Below are positions 1 to 10,069 of a stretch of 64,000 bases of DNA, in pieces (positions within the stretch are counted from its first letter, which is position 1; each line of letters opens with the position of its first letter). The notes under the pieces were generated by a model. That model was not told where the DNA came from and did no database searches. It was given only the letters and a program-made list of their open reading frames with translations. The DNA is taken from assembly GCA_044222185.1 (NCBI GenBank), contig JBGANV010000005.1:96001-160000 (forward strand), given 5' to 3'. Source of the stretch: Planctomycetota bacterium (GTDB lineage: Bacteria; Planctomycetota; GCA-002687715; CAIWVZ01). Made by a program: the position numbers and the translations under genes.

Positions 1-62
1 GGTTGCCTCGACCCCCGGGACCCTTGGGACGGCGGACGTGGTAGGTCTGACGGAACCGCGGG

Positions 63-1118
63 TCATGTCACGTGCTCCGCGGTGGTGGCGGCGGGATTGA
101 GCGCGACCTCCTCGACGGGCGACCAGTTGCGTGTGGATTTCGACCAGCGCTCCGGACGTCGAGCCCGGGCGCGCGCGTAGACGTCTGCACGCCGGGCGAG
201 AACCTCGCGATCGTGGCCAGCGTGGCGTTCTGGTGGGGTCACGAAGCGAATGTTGCCGTGAAAGTGCTTGGTGTTGTACCAGTGCACGAAGCGCGTGATG
301 AACGCCTCGGCTTGATCGCGTGACTCGAACGGACGGTCGGGATACTCGGGCCGATACTTGAGCGTCCGAAAGAGGCTCTCGATGAACGGGTTGTCGTCGC
401 TCACGTGAGGCCGGCTGAACGACATCGCGACACCGAGCAACTCGACGAGAGCCTTGAACGTGCCGCACTTCATCGGCGCACCGTTGTCCTGATGGAGGAC
501 AACCTGATCGCGCTGCACGCCCTCGCGGCGGCATGCAGCCGTGATGAGCTCCGCTCCGTGCTCGCCAGACTCCTCGTCGTGCACGGCCCAGCCGACGATC
601 TTCCGGCTATAGACGTCGAGCACGAGATGGAGATAGAAGTAGACGCCCTTCACCAACGAGAGCAGGTAGGTGATGTCCCACGTCCACACCTGGTTCGGCT
701 TCGTGGCCCGAAGCTCGCGCGGCCGCGCGTGTGCAGCCGGGGACGAGCGCTCGCGGTGGTGCACTTGGCTTTCCGCGCGCAGGACGCGGTAAAAGCTCGA
801 CTCGGAGGCGACGTAGCGGCCCTCGTCGGCCAGCTTTGGCACGATCTGCTTGGGAGAGAGGTCGCGGTGCTCGGGGAGGTTCGCGATCTCGACGATCTTC
901 TTCCGCTCTTGCTCCGTGAGCTTGTTCTTTGGCGCCGACTGTGGACCGGTTCGAAGGTCGTCGCCGATTCCCGCCTTCTTCCAACGCTGAAGAGCTCGAG
1001 GGCTGATGTCGAGCTGCTCGCACGCCTTGTCCTGGCGGGCACCGCTCTCGACGGCCTCGTGGACCAGGCCCAAGATCACGTCTCGCTCCGACGCGGAGTG
1101 CTCTCGTCCCCGACCCAC
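63..1118 (-). CDS. IS3-family transposase OrfB (rve integrase core); OrfA largely missing
   Basis: DDE motifs PNQVWTWDITY, LHQDNG, DNPFIESLFRTLKY; FVHWYNTKHFH; N-terminal HTH 'GARQDKACEQLDISPRALQRW'. In the overlapping frame an OrfA-like tail 'RKAEKLLWWVGDE' ends near 1076-1140. Start approximated at in-frame GTG 1118. Confidence 0.9.
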   Translation of the reverse strand: MGRGREHSASERDVILGLVHEAVESGARQDKACEQLDISPRALQRWKKAGIGDDLRTGPQSAPKNKLTEQERKKIVEIANLPEHRDLSPKQIVPKLADEGRYVASESSFYRVLRAESQVHHRERSSPAAHARPRELRATKPNQVWTWDITYLLSLVKGVYFYLHLVLDVYSRKIVGWAVHDEESGEHGAELITAACRREGVQRDQVVLHQDNGAPMKCGTFKALVELLGVAMSFSRPHVSDDNPFIESLFRTLKYRPEYPDRPFESRDQAEAFITRFVHWYNTKHFHGNIRFVTPPERHAGHDREVLARRADVYARARARRPERWSKSTRNWSPVEEVALNPAATTAEHVT

Positions 1119-1416
1119 CAAAGCAGCTTCTCCGCTTTTCGGGCGGACTTCACAACCCGGAGCTCCCGGCCAGAAGTGACGAGTAGCCGAGGATCTGCGG
1201 AGCACGCGGCGCAATGAGACCCGATCGCGGCGCGACATTCGCGATTCTTGGTGTCCCCTCGAGTAGCGCCACGCCAAGCCCCTTGTGTCGTGACCACTGT
1301 CGGGCGCCAGGCGAAGTCGTCTCGCCCCGATAGACGCGTCTCGGCGGAGGACAGCCGTCCGTCCATCGGCACCGAGGCCCACCATGCCTGGAAACAATCA
1401 AGCACTGTCTGGAGCG

Positions 1417-4317
1417 ATGACAATTGTGCACCGCCTTGCGAATCTGCGCATCGGCGTCCGGACGCAACGGCGACCCCACTCGACGGCACTCGCACTCATG
1501 GTCTCGGGGTTGCTGTTGTCGGCATCTGCCGTGGCGCAGTGCCTGGGATCGACATCGGTACTGACGCTCAATCAGGCTCAGGCCATCAGCCCGGCGTCCA
1601 ACGGTGCGCGGTGTTTCACGCTCCAGGCGTACAGTCCGGGGACATGGAACGCGGTCGCCGTCGTCGCGCAGACCGCAAGCTCGCCAACCACCGACTGGGA
1701 TATCGCCGTCGGCCCAGCCACATCAATCATGGGTGGAAGCGCCTGTGATTACGTAATCAGCAACGGCCACTCGTGTGTCCCGCAGACCGTGGACGGCGTT
1801 CTCAGCCGATTTGCAGGTGCTGCTGGCGGCTATGCGCGTCACGTTCACTCCGGTACGTCGCTGACCCTTGGGATGACCAGCTCGCTCACCTGGAGCGGGC
1901 TGGGATCGGGAGGCTCCGCCGCTGGTCAGACAATCCTGCGACTGTTCGAGTTCGACGTCACCCAGGTCGGTCTGTACACGGTGACGATGGGCTCGACGGC
2001 GCCTCTCCGTTGGAGGTTGCACGTGCCTGCGACGAGTGCAGCATGGCAGAGTCGAGACACCGCACACTCCTCCGGAAGCACGGTTACGAACCCGGTCACG
2101 GTGACTCTGGGAACGCTGGGACGGCACGTGATCGCCGTGTTTCAGGACCGTCCGGCAGCGTCGCAGTCGAATGCGGCCTACACTCTCCGCGTCGACCTCG
2201 CCGGATTCATGCCAACGACAGCCACGGGGGTAACGCCCTCGACGAGCACCGCCGGTGCGCCCGACCAGACAATTGTGGTCGCTGGGACCGGGTTTGTCTC
2301 GGGCACGTACCTCGAGTTCAGCATGGGCTCCGCAAGCCTCACCATCGCCGCGACATGTCTGGACCCGATGCACCTCTTGGCGGTGATTCCGGGATCGTCT
2401 CTCGGGACCGCAGGATATGCACTCATCCGCACCGTGAACCCCGGAACGCAGCCCTCAGCATGGCTGTGGCTCACGATCAACAACCCGCCGCCGGTCTTGG
2501 AGGCGATCACGCCGTCGTCTGTAGCGGTCGGCTTTTCGGCCGTGACAGTTCAGCTCACGGGCACCGGTTTCTTGCCCGGTTCGCTCGTTGCGGTCGACGG
2601 CATGCTGCGGCCGAGCGCCTACGTAAGTCCGACGCGGATCGATGTTGTGGTCCCAGCCGCCGTTCGGACCTACGGGCATGTCGTTCCGATCACCGTTTCC
2701 AACCTGGCGCCAGGCGGGGGCGAGAGCGTGGAACTCGACTTCACCGTCCTGAACGCTGCGCCTCAGATCGCGAGCGCGGTGCCGACATGGCTGGTCGCGG
2801 GCTCGAACGATACCTGGGTAACGTTGTTTGGCTGCGGACTCCTCTACGGATCGTCCGTGACCTGTGACGCATCGCCTCGGACCGCCGACTTCATTTCGCT
2901 GAATCAGATGAGCGTGCTACTCATGGCGGCCGACCTGCAAACTGCCGGCGTCAGGACGCTCGCCATCTCAACCCCGGGACCGGGTGGCGGCTCGGCCACC
3001 ATCAACCTCGAAGTTCGCAACCCGCTCCCGAACCCAACCAGCGTCACCCCCTCCTGCGTCACTGCCACCGGGACCGCGACCACCGTGACCGTCAACGGCG
3101 TGGGTTTCGTGCCGACAACCGCAGTCCGCGTGAATGGCCAGCTCGTCCCTTCGGCGATCACGAGCACCGGCCTCCAAGTCACGCTCCCGGGCGCGATGAC
3201 TGGCACCGTCGGAGCGTTGTGGATCGAAGCGACGAATCCGGGCCCGGGCGGAGGCACGGGGTACGACACGGTGCGCGTGGCGGTCACCGCACAACCCACG
3301 GTTGCGGATGCGTCACCCACGTTTGCAACTGCCGGCGACAACACCGTCGTTGTCATCCTCACCGGCACGAACCTGAGTTTCATGACCGTGGTCGATGCGA
3401 TCGACGCGACGGGTACCCGCCCCCTCTTCACCGAGTATTTGTCTCAGAACACGATCCGAGTCACGATCCCCGGGACGTTGCTCGCCGCAGCGGGTTCGCT
3501 GGGCCTGCAGGCCCGACAGGATTCTCCATTCGATTGCGCGACCTCGCCGTCGAGCCCAATCATGTTCGAGGTCCGGGGGCCGCACATCCTGGCGGTTCAG
3601 CCCGCCGCCCACGTTCCGATTTCGGCAGGCCTCGCACCAGTCGATGTGTACCTGCTTGGCTGGGGCTTCCGTCCGGGCGCCGCCGGGTTCGGCATCGCTC
3701 TCGACAGTACACTCGTCACGACGGCCAACCCCGTTCCGGGGGTCGCGATCATCGATGCCCAGCCGACGTTCGTCCACCTGCTGCTCGATGCGGCGTTCGC
3801 CCGGGCAACGCAGGCCGGCGGGCTCCCGCTCGTCATCCTGAATGGCGCGCTGGCCCCGTCCAACAGCGTTGCAATCGCGCTCGAACCGCAGGGGCTGCAC
3901 TTCAGCAATGGCGGGACCGTCCGAAGCGATCCGGTGGTAGCCCCGGCCGGAGCGACTCGGACCGTCGTGATCGAAGGCGTGCCGCCGGGGCAGCCCTTCA
4001 CGCTCATAGCCCTCGCGAATCCGGCGACAGTCCTCGTCCCCGATCCCCTGAATGCCAGCGCGGCCTTCCAGGTGCGTGCGTTCGGTCCGGCCACCGTGCC
4101 ACTCTGCGACGGACTGGGCGTGTTCGGCCCGCCGACACCGAGTTGCGCTACGACCTCCGGCACCTTCGCGACGCCCCCTGGCGGGGTTTGGATGAGCGCT
4201 GAGATGAGCCTGCCGAATCTACCACCCGGTACCGCGGTCGCGTTCCAGGCGTTGGTTCAGGACCCGCTCGCGCCGCTCGGCGTGCGGCTGACTTGGCCCC
4301 TGGACCTGACCTATTGA
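1417..4317 (+). CDS. Large exported protein with tandem IPT/TIG Ig-like repeats and C-terminal putative sorting domain
   Basis: GGAG at 1411-1414 before ATG 1417; hydrophobic signal ending SAVA-QC; about five repeats of type 'P.l..vtP.s..aG....v.l.GtgF.....v..........v.NPgPGGG'; C-terminus 'LPNLPPGTAVAFQALVQDPLAPLGVRLTWPLDLTY'. Confidence 0.85.
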   Translation: MTIVHRLANLRIGVRTQRRPHSTALALMVSGLLLSASAVAQCLGSTSVLTLNQAQAISPASNGARCFTLQAYSPGTWNAVAVVAQTASSPTTDWDIAVGPATSIMGGSACDYVISNGHSCVPQTVDGVLSRFAGAAGGYARHVHSGTSLTLGMTSSLTWSGLGSGGSAAGQTILRLFEFDVTQVGLYTVTMGSTAPLRWRLHVPATSAAWQSRDTAHSSGSTVTNPVTVTLGTLGRHVIAVFQDRPAASQSNAAYTLRVDLAGFMPTTATGVTPSTSTAGAPDQTIVVAGTGFVSGTYLEFSMGSASLTIAATCLDPMHLLAVIPGSSLGTAGYALIRTVNPGTQPSAWLWLTINNPPPVLEAITPSSVAVGFSAVTVQLTGTGFLPGSLVAVDGMLRPSAYVSPTRIDVVVPAAVRTYGHVVPITVSNLAPGGGESVELDFTVLNAAPQIASAVPTWLVAGSNDTWVTLFGCGLLYGSSVTCDASPRTADFISLNQMSVLLMAADLQTAGVRTLAISTPGPGGGSATINLEVRNPLPNPTSVTPSCVTATGTATTVTVNGVGFVPTTAVRVNGQLVPSAITSTGLQVTLPGAMTGTVGALWIEATNPGPGGGTGYDTVRVAVTAQPTVADASPTFATAGDNTVVVILTGTNLSFMTVVDAIDATGTRPLFTEYLSQNTIRVTIPGTLLAAAGSLGLQARQDSPFDCATSPSSPIMFEVRGPHILAVQPAAHVPISAGLAPVDVYLLGWGFRPGAAGFGIALDSTLVTTANPVPGVAIIDAQPTFVHLLLDAAFARATQAGGLPLVILNGALAPSNSVAIALEPQGLHFSNGGTVRSDPVVAPAGATRTVVIEGVPPGQPFTLIALANPATVLVPDPLNASAAFQVRAFGPATVPLCDGLGVFGPPTPSCATTSGTFATPPGGVWMSAEMSLPNLPPGTAVAFQALVQDPLAPLGVRLTWPLDLTY

Positions 4318-4473
4318 TCGACACCTCTGGTCAGACCATGCCGCCGCGGGACATCCCGGCTGCCTACCTCTCCGAAGAGCCGGGCCGCGCCGGCCAGCCT
4401 CTTCCACGCGCCAAGGCCGTCACGGATTATCCGCTGAACCCCTACCGGGCCAGCGACCTTTGAGCCCACCGAC

Positions 4474-5076
4474 ATGCAAGACGACGACGCCATCGCTCAG
4501 CCGCCTAGCTCCGAAACCAACCTCGCCGCCCGAGCGGCGGCAAGCGATCCTTCTCGGTTCGTAGCGCTCTGCTCGCGGGTAACCCCGCGGCTCGCCGTCT
4601 GGGCTGCGCTGCGCACCAAGGGGCTCACGCATTTCACCGCCGACGACCTGGTTCAGGAAGTCTGGTATCGGTGCCTTCAGCTCTTCTCTCGCTGGGACCG
4701 CGAGAGGCCGTTCGTGCCCTGGTTGTTTGGGATTGCGCGCAATGTGCACCTCGAATTGCTGCGTGCCGGCAGGCACCGCGAGTACCGCAGCCTCGAACCC
4801 AGCGACATCGCGCCACAGGTGGTCGCCGAGACCGCGACCAGTCTGGGATCTCGGCTAGCCCGCGACGAGGACCTTCGCCACTTTGCCTCGACGCTCGCTG
4901 AACTGGACCTGGCCGAGGAAGACCGCCGCATTCTTCTCTTCTATCTCGAAGGTCTCGAGGATTCCGAGATCGCCGATCGCATGAACATCAGTAGCGACGC
5001 CGCCAAGAAACGGCGTCAGCGCAACGTGATGCCGCACATCCGCGATGCCGCACGAGGCGTGGATCTGGACCTCTAG
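4474..5076 (+). CDS. ECF-type RNA polymerase sigma-70 factor
   Basis: Region 2 'ADDLVQEVW...FVPWLFGIARN'; region 4 'RILLFYLEGLEDSEIADRMNISSDAAKKRRQR'; 200 aa. Confidence 0.88.
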   Translation: MQDDDAIAQPPSSETNLAARAAASDPSRFVALCSRVTPRLAVWAALRTKGLTHFTADDLVQEVWYRCLQLFSRWDRERPFVPWLFGIARNVHLELLRAGRHREYRSLEPSDIAPQVVAETATSLGSRLARDEDLRHFASTLAELDLAEEDRRILLFYLEGLEDSEIADRMNISSDAAKKRRQRNVMPHIRDAARGVDLDL

Positions 5077-5126
5077 CCAGACTCGACGGCGGCGCGAACC
5101 TGGCGGCATGACCCCAAATTCGTGGG

Positions 5127-6483
5127 GGCATCGCCCTTTCGTGTGGGTAGCGCGTGAATTCGGCTGGCCGCGCGGGTCCCCCGCGGGAGCCAAGGGTGTC
5201 GGCCCCGGCGAGTACTGTTGGAGGCATGCAAGGACGCGACATCTTCAGCCAGATTCTTGGCATCCGCCATCCCTGGATGGTCGTCGACGTGACGACTGAC
5301 CCCTCGAAGCAGGAGGTGACGATCCTCGTCGAACACAAGGAGGACGCCGCTTTCCACTGCATGGCCTGTGGGAAGGAGTGTACGCGCTACGACAGCCGGC
5401 GTCGACGGTGGAGACACCTCGACACGTGCCAGTACAAGACGATCGTGGTCGCCGACGTCCCACGGATCGAGTGCCCTGAGCACGGAGTCCAGCAGGTGCC
5501 GGTTGCCTGGGCCGAGACGAACTCGCGGTTCACGGGCCTCTTCGAGGCGCTCGCGATCAACTGGCTCAAGGAAGGGAGCATCCAGGCGGTCACCCGACTG
5601 ATGCACCTGACCTGGAAGGAAGTCGACGGAATCATGCTGCGCGCCGTCGTCCGGGGACTCGGACGGCGGGAGCTCACAGCCCCCGAGAGAATGGGCGTCG
5701 ACGAGACTTCGTTCCAGAAGCGCCACGAGTACGTCAATGTGGTGACCGACGTCGACGGGTCGAAGGTGCTGTACGTCGCGGACGACCGGAAGGCCGAGAG
5801 CCTGGCTGCTTTCTACAGGCAACTCACGCCGGCGCAGCGAAAGCAGATCTTCGTCGTCGCGATGGACATGCATCAGCCGTACATCTCGGCGACCGAGGAG
5901 GCGATCCCGGACGCGGACCGGAAGATCGCCTTCGACAAGTTCCACGTCGCGAAGCACCTCGGTGACGCCGTGGACAAAGTCCGACGAGAGGAACACGCGA
6001 AGCTCATGGCGGAGGACGACTGGACCCTCAAGCACTCGAAGCACCTGTGGCTCCAGAACCCCGAGAACATGGACGAGACGATGTGGGACTCGACGTTCAA
6101 GATCCTTCGAGAGTCGAGCCTTCAGACATCGCGGGCGTGGGCGATCAAGGAACTCGCGATGTCGCTATGGGGCTACGCGAGCCGAGGCTGGGCGATGAAG
6201 GCGTGGAAGAAGTGGATTGCCTGGGCGAGGCGGTGTCACCTCGAGCCCATGAAGAAGGTGGCAGCGATGGTGCACGACCACCTCAAGGGGATCGTCAACG
6301 CCATCGTCCTCCGCGCCACCAACGCCGCCGCCGAGTCGATCAACTCGAAGATCCAGAAGGTCAAGCGGATGGCCTGCGGCTTCCGCAACCGAGAGCGCTT
6401 CCGCAACGCGATCTACTTCCACCTCGGCGGCCTCGATCTCTACCCTGCCTCAGCCCTGGCTACCCACACGAATGGTTGAAGCC
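5127..6483 (+). mobile_element. ISL3-family insertion sequence
   Basis: Terminal inverted repeats GGCATCGCCCTTTCGTGTGGGTAGC (5127-5151) and the reverse complement of 6459-6483 (GGCTTCAACCATTCGTGTGGGTAGC), 21/25 identical; encloses an ISL3 transposase; flanks show no matching target-site duplication. Confidence 0.88.
5226..6479 (+). CDS. ISL3-family transposase
   Basis: GGAGG before ATG 5226; zinc finger CMAC...CPEH; 'RRRWRHLD', 'GVDETSF', 'VAMDM', 'IAFDKFHV', 'TNAAAESINSKIQKVKRMACGFRN'. Confidence 0.95.
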   Translation: MQGRDIFSQILGIRHPWMVVDVTTDPSKQEVTILVEHKEDAAFHCMACGKECTRYDSRRRRWRHLDTCQYKTIVVADVPRIECPEHGVQQVPVAWAETNSRFTGLFEALAINWLKEGSIQAVTRLMHLTWKEVDGIMLRAVVRGLGRRELTAPERMGVDETSFQKRHEYVNVVTDVDGSKVLYVADDRKAESLAAFYRQLTPAQRKQIFVVAMDMHQPYISATEEAIPDADRKIAFDKFHVAKHLGDAVDKVRREEHAKLMAEDDWTLKHSKHLWLQNPENMDETMWDSTFKILRESSLQTSRAWAIKELAMSLWGYASRGWAMKAWKKWIAWARRCHLEPMKKVAAMVHDHLKGIVNAIVLRATNAAAESINSKIQKVKRMACGFRNRERFRNAIYFHLGGLDLYPASALATHTNG

Positions 6484-7045
6484 CCTTTTTTTGGATTTCG
6501 ATGATCGCCTCGGCCTGGGCGAGCTTCCTCTTGAGTCGCTCGTTCTCGCGCTGCAGTCGCTCGTTCTCACGATCCGCCGCAGTGATCACTGCGGCCTTTG
6601 GGCCGCGCGGCTTCGGCGTGAGCGCGCCCAGGCTGCCTTGATCTCGAGCCTTTCGCCAGCGTGCCAGGCACGAGCTGTAGAGTCCTTCTCGACGAAGCAA
6701 CGCCCCGATCTCGCCAGGTCCGCACGCATCGATGGCTCGCAGCACGCGCAGCTTCTCCGCTGCCGTCCAGGATCGCCGCCGCCGGGTCACCAACACTTCA
6801 GGATCAGGTCGCGAATGGAAAGACGCTTGAACGAGCCCGGCGCCGGTGGGGTCTCCTCCGCTCCGCTCGCCTTCGCTTCGCTCGGCATCGCTCCGCTCCG
6901 GAGACCCCACCGGCGCCGGGCTCCGCGACCCCACCGGCGCCGGGCTCCGCGTTCGATTCCCTACACGCGTTGTCATGGGCTGGTACCTGCCTCGCCCTCT
7001 ACCTTGATCTTCAGGGGGGGCAGCTGTCTCAGCCACATTGGCACA
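6484..7045 (-). pseudogene. Truncated IS3-family element: left end plus OrfA, cut at the frameshift site by the ISL3
   Basis: OrfA motifs 'RRRSWTAAEKLRVLRAIDAC.PGEIGALLRREGLYSS.LARWR' and 'LAQAEAIIEIQKK'; slippery AAAAAAAG on the minus strand at ~6485-6492 abuts the ISL3 end; left end begins TGTGCCAATGTGGCTGAGACA at 7045; probable OrfA ATG at 6976. Confidence 0.85.
6833..6950. repeat. 24-bp perfect inverted repeat plus 24-bp tandem direct repeat in the IS3 OrfA 5' region
   Basis: GAGCCCGGCGCCGGTGGGGTCTCC (6833-6856) is the reverse complement of 6900-6923; GACCCCACCGGCGCCGGGCTCCGC occurs twice in tandem (6903-6926, 6927-6950); the spacer is built of CGCTC/CTTCG-like pentamers. Confidence 0.9.
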
Positions 7046-7117
7046 GAGGGTAGGTGGCCTGTTCGCGTCGCGTCAACTTAGAGTCCTCCACCATCGACAG
7101 GGCTCGCGCGTCGATCG

Positions 7118-10069
7118 TTACGGGAGGATCATCAGACGGAGACCGTTGCTCTGAGTCAGCCACGCGCCAGGAACCGTGCGGGCAGCTTGGAGGAATAGCT
7201 TCTGACCTGCCAGTCCCGGAATGTTGGGAATCGGGAGCGGCAGGTGAAGCAACGAGCTCGCGCCGACCGGCTGCGCCGCCCCGGCTGGGAACGGTACGAC
7301 GATCGAGTCCTCAGGAGGTACGAGAACGAGTAGTCCTGCCACAGCCTGCTCTGTGGCGCGCGATCCGATCACCAGGTACGTGCTTGCCGGGGCTCCAGGC
7401 CATTTCAGATCGAGATGGAAGTTGGCACTCCCAAGCTTCGCAGGTCCGCCCCCGGCAGTGAGCGTCAGGTTGGACCCTGCGCTCGCGCCGGAAGCTCCCG
7501 CGTAGGAGACCACGGAATGGAAGTGGACGTGGATCGGGATTGTGGCGGTCCCATCGAGCCACGTTGCCGTGACGACGGTGTCTCCTTCCCCGACAGCGCG
7601 GACACGATTGCCTGGAACGATCGTCGCGACGCCCGTGTCCGCCGAGACAAGAGTCACGAGACCCGTCAGGTTGGCCGTCAAGCCGCCGGCCTGCGCACCG
7701 GTCCATGTGGGAATTCGCTCCTCGCCCACGAAGGTCAGATCAAGCGAACCGTGCGGTGAATCCACGTTGCCGCCGGTCGGTGTCGACGGAGTGACCTGAA
7801 CGGTCAGCGGGGGCGTGATCGAGATCATCCCATTCGAAGGGTTTTCCCGGACGCAACGAAGGGTGAGTGGCCCCATCGCGTTCTGTGGCACGGAGTACCA
7901 GAGGGTGGTTCCCAGCATCGTCGGGGAAGTCACGCTTCCGTTCGAATCGATGATCGTACGGACTTCATTTGGCCATGCCGCCGGCGCCACCAATTGCGGG
8001 ATACCGATGAAGTCGCCCGGGTGAATTGGATTCGAAGGAGCGCTGAACACAGTGCCGTCGGCCGTCGTGAACGGAGCCGAAACGGAAGGGAACACGGGTG
8101 GACTCAGAATACCGAGGGCAACTTCCGGCGATGGCAACGAAGATGCGAACAAGTCGTTGGCAGTCCCGGTTCCGACGGGTGCGCGGAGGAGTTGCACGAC
8201 GCGGTCACGCACCAGCAAGTTCTGAGTGATTGCCGTGTGGACCGAATCCAGTCCGGTGAATTCCGTGACATGAGGTGGGGTCAGTCCACCGAGCTGACTC
8301 TCACCCAGGACGATGATGTCATGCGTGTGGCCACGGAAGAGACTGTAAACGTTGATTGAAGACGCGGTCCATTTGACGACCTTTGCGAAGGCCGCCAGTT
8401 CCCCGGCCCCGGTTGCCCAGGCCGATAGGCTCGCGGCGACTGACGTTCCAGTCATCACGGCCCCGCCACCCGTGCCAGCGATTGCGTGACACGGAACGTG
8501 TGTCTCGCCGATCCACGTGAGGGCAACGCTGCCTTCTTGAAGATCCTCGATCGCTCCGTCTCCAATTGACAGCCCCGCCATCCGATAGAGGTCGGCGATG
8601 AGAATCGGAAGTGCCGGGCCCTGAAACGAGGCGAAATACTGGTAAGCCATCAAGAAATTGGCCCAAGGGCTACCGAAGTGCGGTGTGTTGATCGTAATGA
8701 GCTTATGAAAATCTCCGCCCATCATGTTGTCGGGGCGGCGGTAGAAACCGTGAGGTGTCAGCCCATCCTTCGACATGCGGACATACGCTCGTGGCAGAAG
8801 GCCACCCATCGAGTGACCGATCCAGTCGACGCGCGAGCAGGCAATGCCACGCGACCTGGGCCCCCGCTTCGCTTCTTCGATCGCGTCGTATACGACTTCA
8901 ACATTCTGGGCGAGGTGTCTCCCGACCGTTTCGCGGTAATCGACGATGCGCGGATCCGTCGGATATCCCGAGGTGATCCCCCCGTAAGCAGGTGTCCAGG
9001 TTTCGGAGTTGGACCAAAGTCCGTGACACAAAATCCACGGCACTCGCTCGATGACAACGCCCGTGTCCAGGTGCTGCTGTTGAGTCGTTCCGCTCATCGT
9101 GTAATCCGCGTCGAATTGGATCGAGGTACAAAGCACCCTGAGTGGCATGTATTCGATGAAGGGAACGTTGACTTCGAAGTCGACGGGCGCTTCATACCAG
9201 AACGCAGCGACGTGTCCGGCCGGAGTCCATGTGGTTGCTGCCGTGATTGAGGACTGGGGTGTCCCCGAGTCCATTGGGATGAGCCTTCCGGCGGTCGCGC
9301 TTTGTAGCCCAAAGGGCTGCTGGAACCCACCACATTGAGATAGCCAGCCGGGGATGGTCGCTTGGATGGTGCCGGGCACGCGCGAGACGACTCGCATGAG
9401 AAGGCGGCTCGCGCCATCGGCCGCGGTTCCCATTCGGACGTCGCCACCGACCGCCAGCCGGCTGATGTCCTTCGTCAGCGTTGCTCCGTCCCAGTAGGAG
9501 TCGCTGCTGCCGTCGACGATGTCGATGTGAGCATGGCCGTTGGTGTTCGTGTCCTCCCACACAAAGCCGAAGTCGGACGCGCCGGTCTTGGCAGGAGGAC
9601 CACACGCCGTTCCGGCACCGTCCTGTCCCCACGCGCCCGGGCCAGCAGGTGGAACGAACGTCGACGGTACGGCTTGATATCCCCAGTAAACCTGGACGTT
9701 GCGCCACGAGACCGCACGTGGTCCCCCGCCACAGGAGACGCGAATCCACACGCGCGCAGCGTGCCCGACCGTCGAAACTGCCGCGGTTGGGACGCGATAT
9801 TCGATCAGCAATGCAGACTGCGCTTGAGTGGGCGCACAGCCAGAGTCGACCGTCCTGGCTTCCAAATGAACTTCGAAGCCCCATGGCGCGGATTGCGATG
9901 TCGTGACGTGATAGGTCCACCCGGCGCCCGGAGTCAGGAGCACGGTTCCAAACTGTGACCACGGCGACCAGGGCTCCGGATCGCTGAATGGCGCCTGACA
10001 CGAGAGAGGAATCGCGCTGAGGGCGAAAATGGCTGCCGACAGCAATCGTTTCGTCAATCCTGCTTTCAC
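7118..10069 (-). CDS. Exported alpha/beta-hydrolase (PGAP1/lipase-like) with Ig-like domain and C-terminal putative sorting domain
   Basis: AAAGGAGA RBS then GTG 10069 (MKAGLTKRLLSAAIFALSAIPLSC-Q); 'ILCHGLWS', nucleophile elbow 'IGHSMGG', 'LITINTPHFGS', 'HDIIV', 'SVHT'; Big_2-like 'SADTGVATIVPGNRVRAVGEGDTVVTATW'; C-terminus 'IPNIPGLAGQKLFLQAA...SNGLRLMILP'. Confidence 0.88.
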   Translation of the reverse strand: MKAGLTKRLLSAAIFALSAIPLSCQAPFSDPEPWSPWSQFGTVLLTPGAGWTYHVTTSQSAPWGFEVHLEARTVDSGCAPTQAQSALLIEYRVPTAAVSTVGHAARVWIRVSCGGGPRAVSWRNVQVYWGYQAVPSTFVPPAGPGAWGQDGAGTACGPPAKTGASDFGFVWEDTNTNGHAHIDIVDGSSDSYWDGATLTKDISRLAVGGDVRMGTAADGASRLLMRVVSRVPGTIQATIPGWLSQCGGFQQPFGLQSATAGRLIPMDSGTPQSSITAATTWTPAGHVAAFWYEAPVDFEVNVPFIEYMPLRVLCTSIQFDADYTMSGTTQQQHLDTGVVIERVPWILCHGLWSNSETWTPAYGGITSGYPTDPRIVDYRETVGRHLAQNVEVVYDAIEEAKRGPRSRGIACSRVDWIGHSMGGLLPRAYVRMSKDGLTPHGFYRRPDNMMGGDFHKLITINTPHFGSPWANFLMAYQYFASFQGPALPILIADLYRMAGLSIGDGAIEDLQEGSVALTWIGETHVPCHAIAGTGGGAVMTGTSVAASLSAWATGAGELAAFAKVVKWTASSINVYSLFRGHTHDIIVLGESQLGGLTPPHVTEFTGLDSVHTAITQNLLVRDRVVQLLRAPVGTGTANDLFASSLPSPEVALGILSPPVFPSVSAPFTTADGTVFSAPSNPIHPGDFIGIPQLVAPAAWPNEVRTIIDSNGSVTSPTMLGTTLWYSVPQNAMGPLTLRCVRENPSNGMISITPPLTVQVTPSTPTGGNVDSPHGSLDLTFVGEERIPTWTGAQAGGLTANLTGLVTLVSADTGVATIVPGNRVRAVGEGDTVVTATWLDGTATIPIHVHFHSVVSYAGASGASAGSNLTLTAGGGPAKLGSANFHLDLKWPGAPASTYLVIGSRATEQAVAGLLVLVPPEDSIVVPFPAGAAQPVGASSLLHLPLPIPNIPGLAGQKLFLQAARTVPGAWLTQSNGLRLMILP

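Noticed and set aside
1286-1303. TGTCGTGACCACTGTCGG as an IS3 terminal repeat
   Set aside because: Wrong orientation to be the left end of the 63-1118 element, and no partner repeat was identified.
63-7045. OrfA (6484-7045) and OrfB (63-1118) as two halves of a single IS3 carrying cargo
   Set aside because: The OrfB retains its own different OrfA tail (RKAEKLLWWVGDE), and the two pieces look like different IS3 subgroups; no matching terminal repeats were found.
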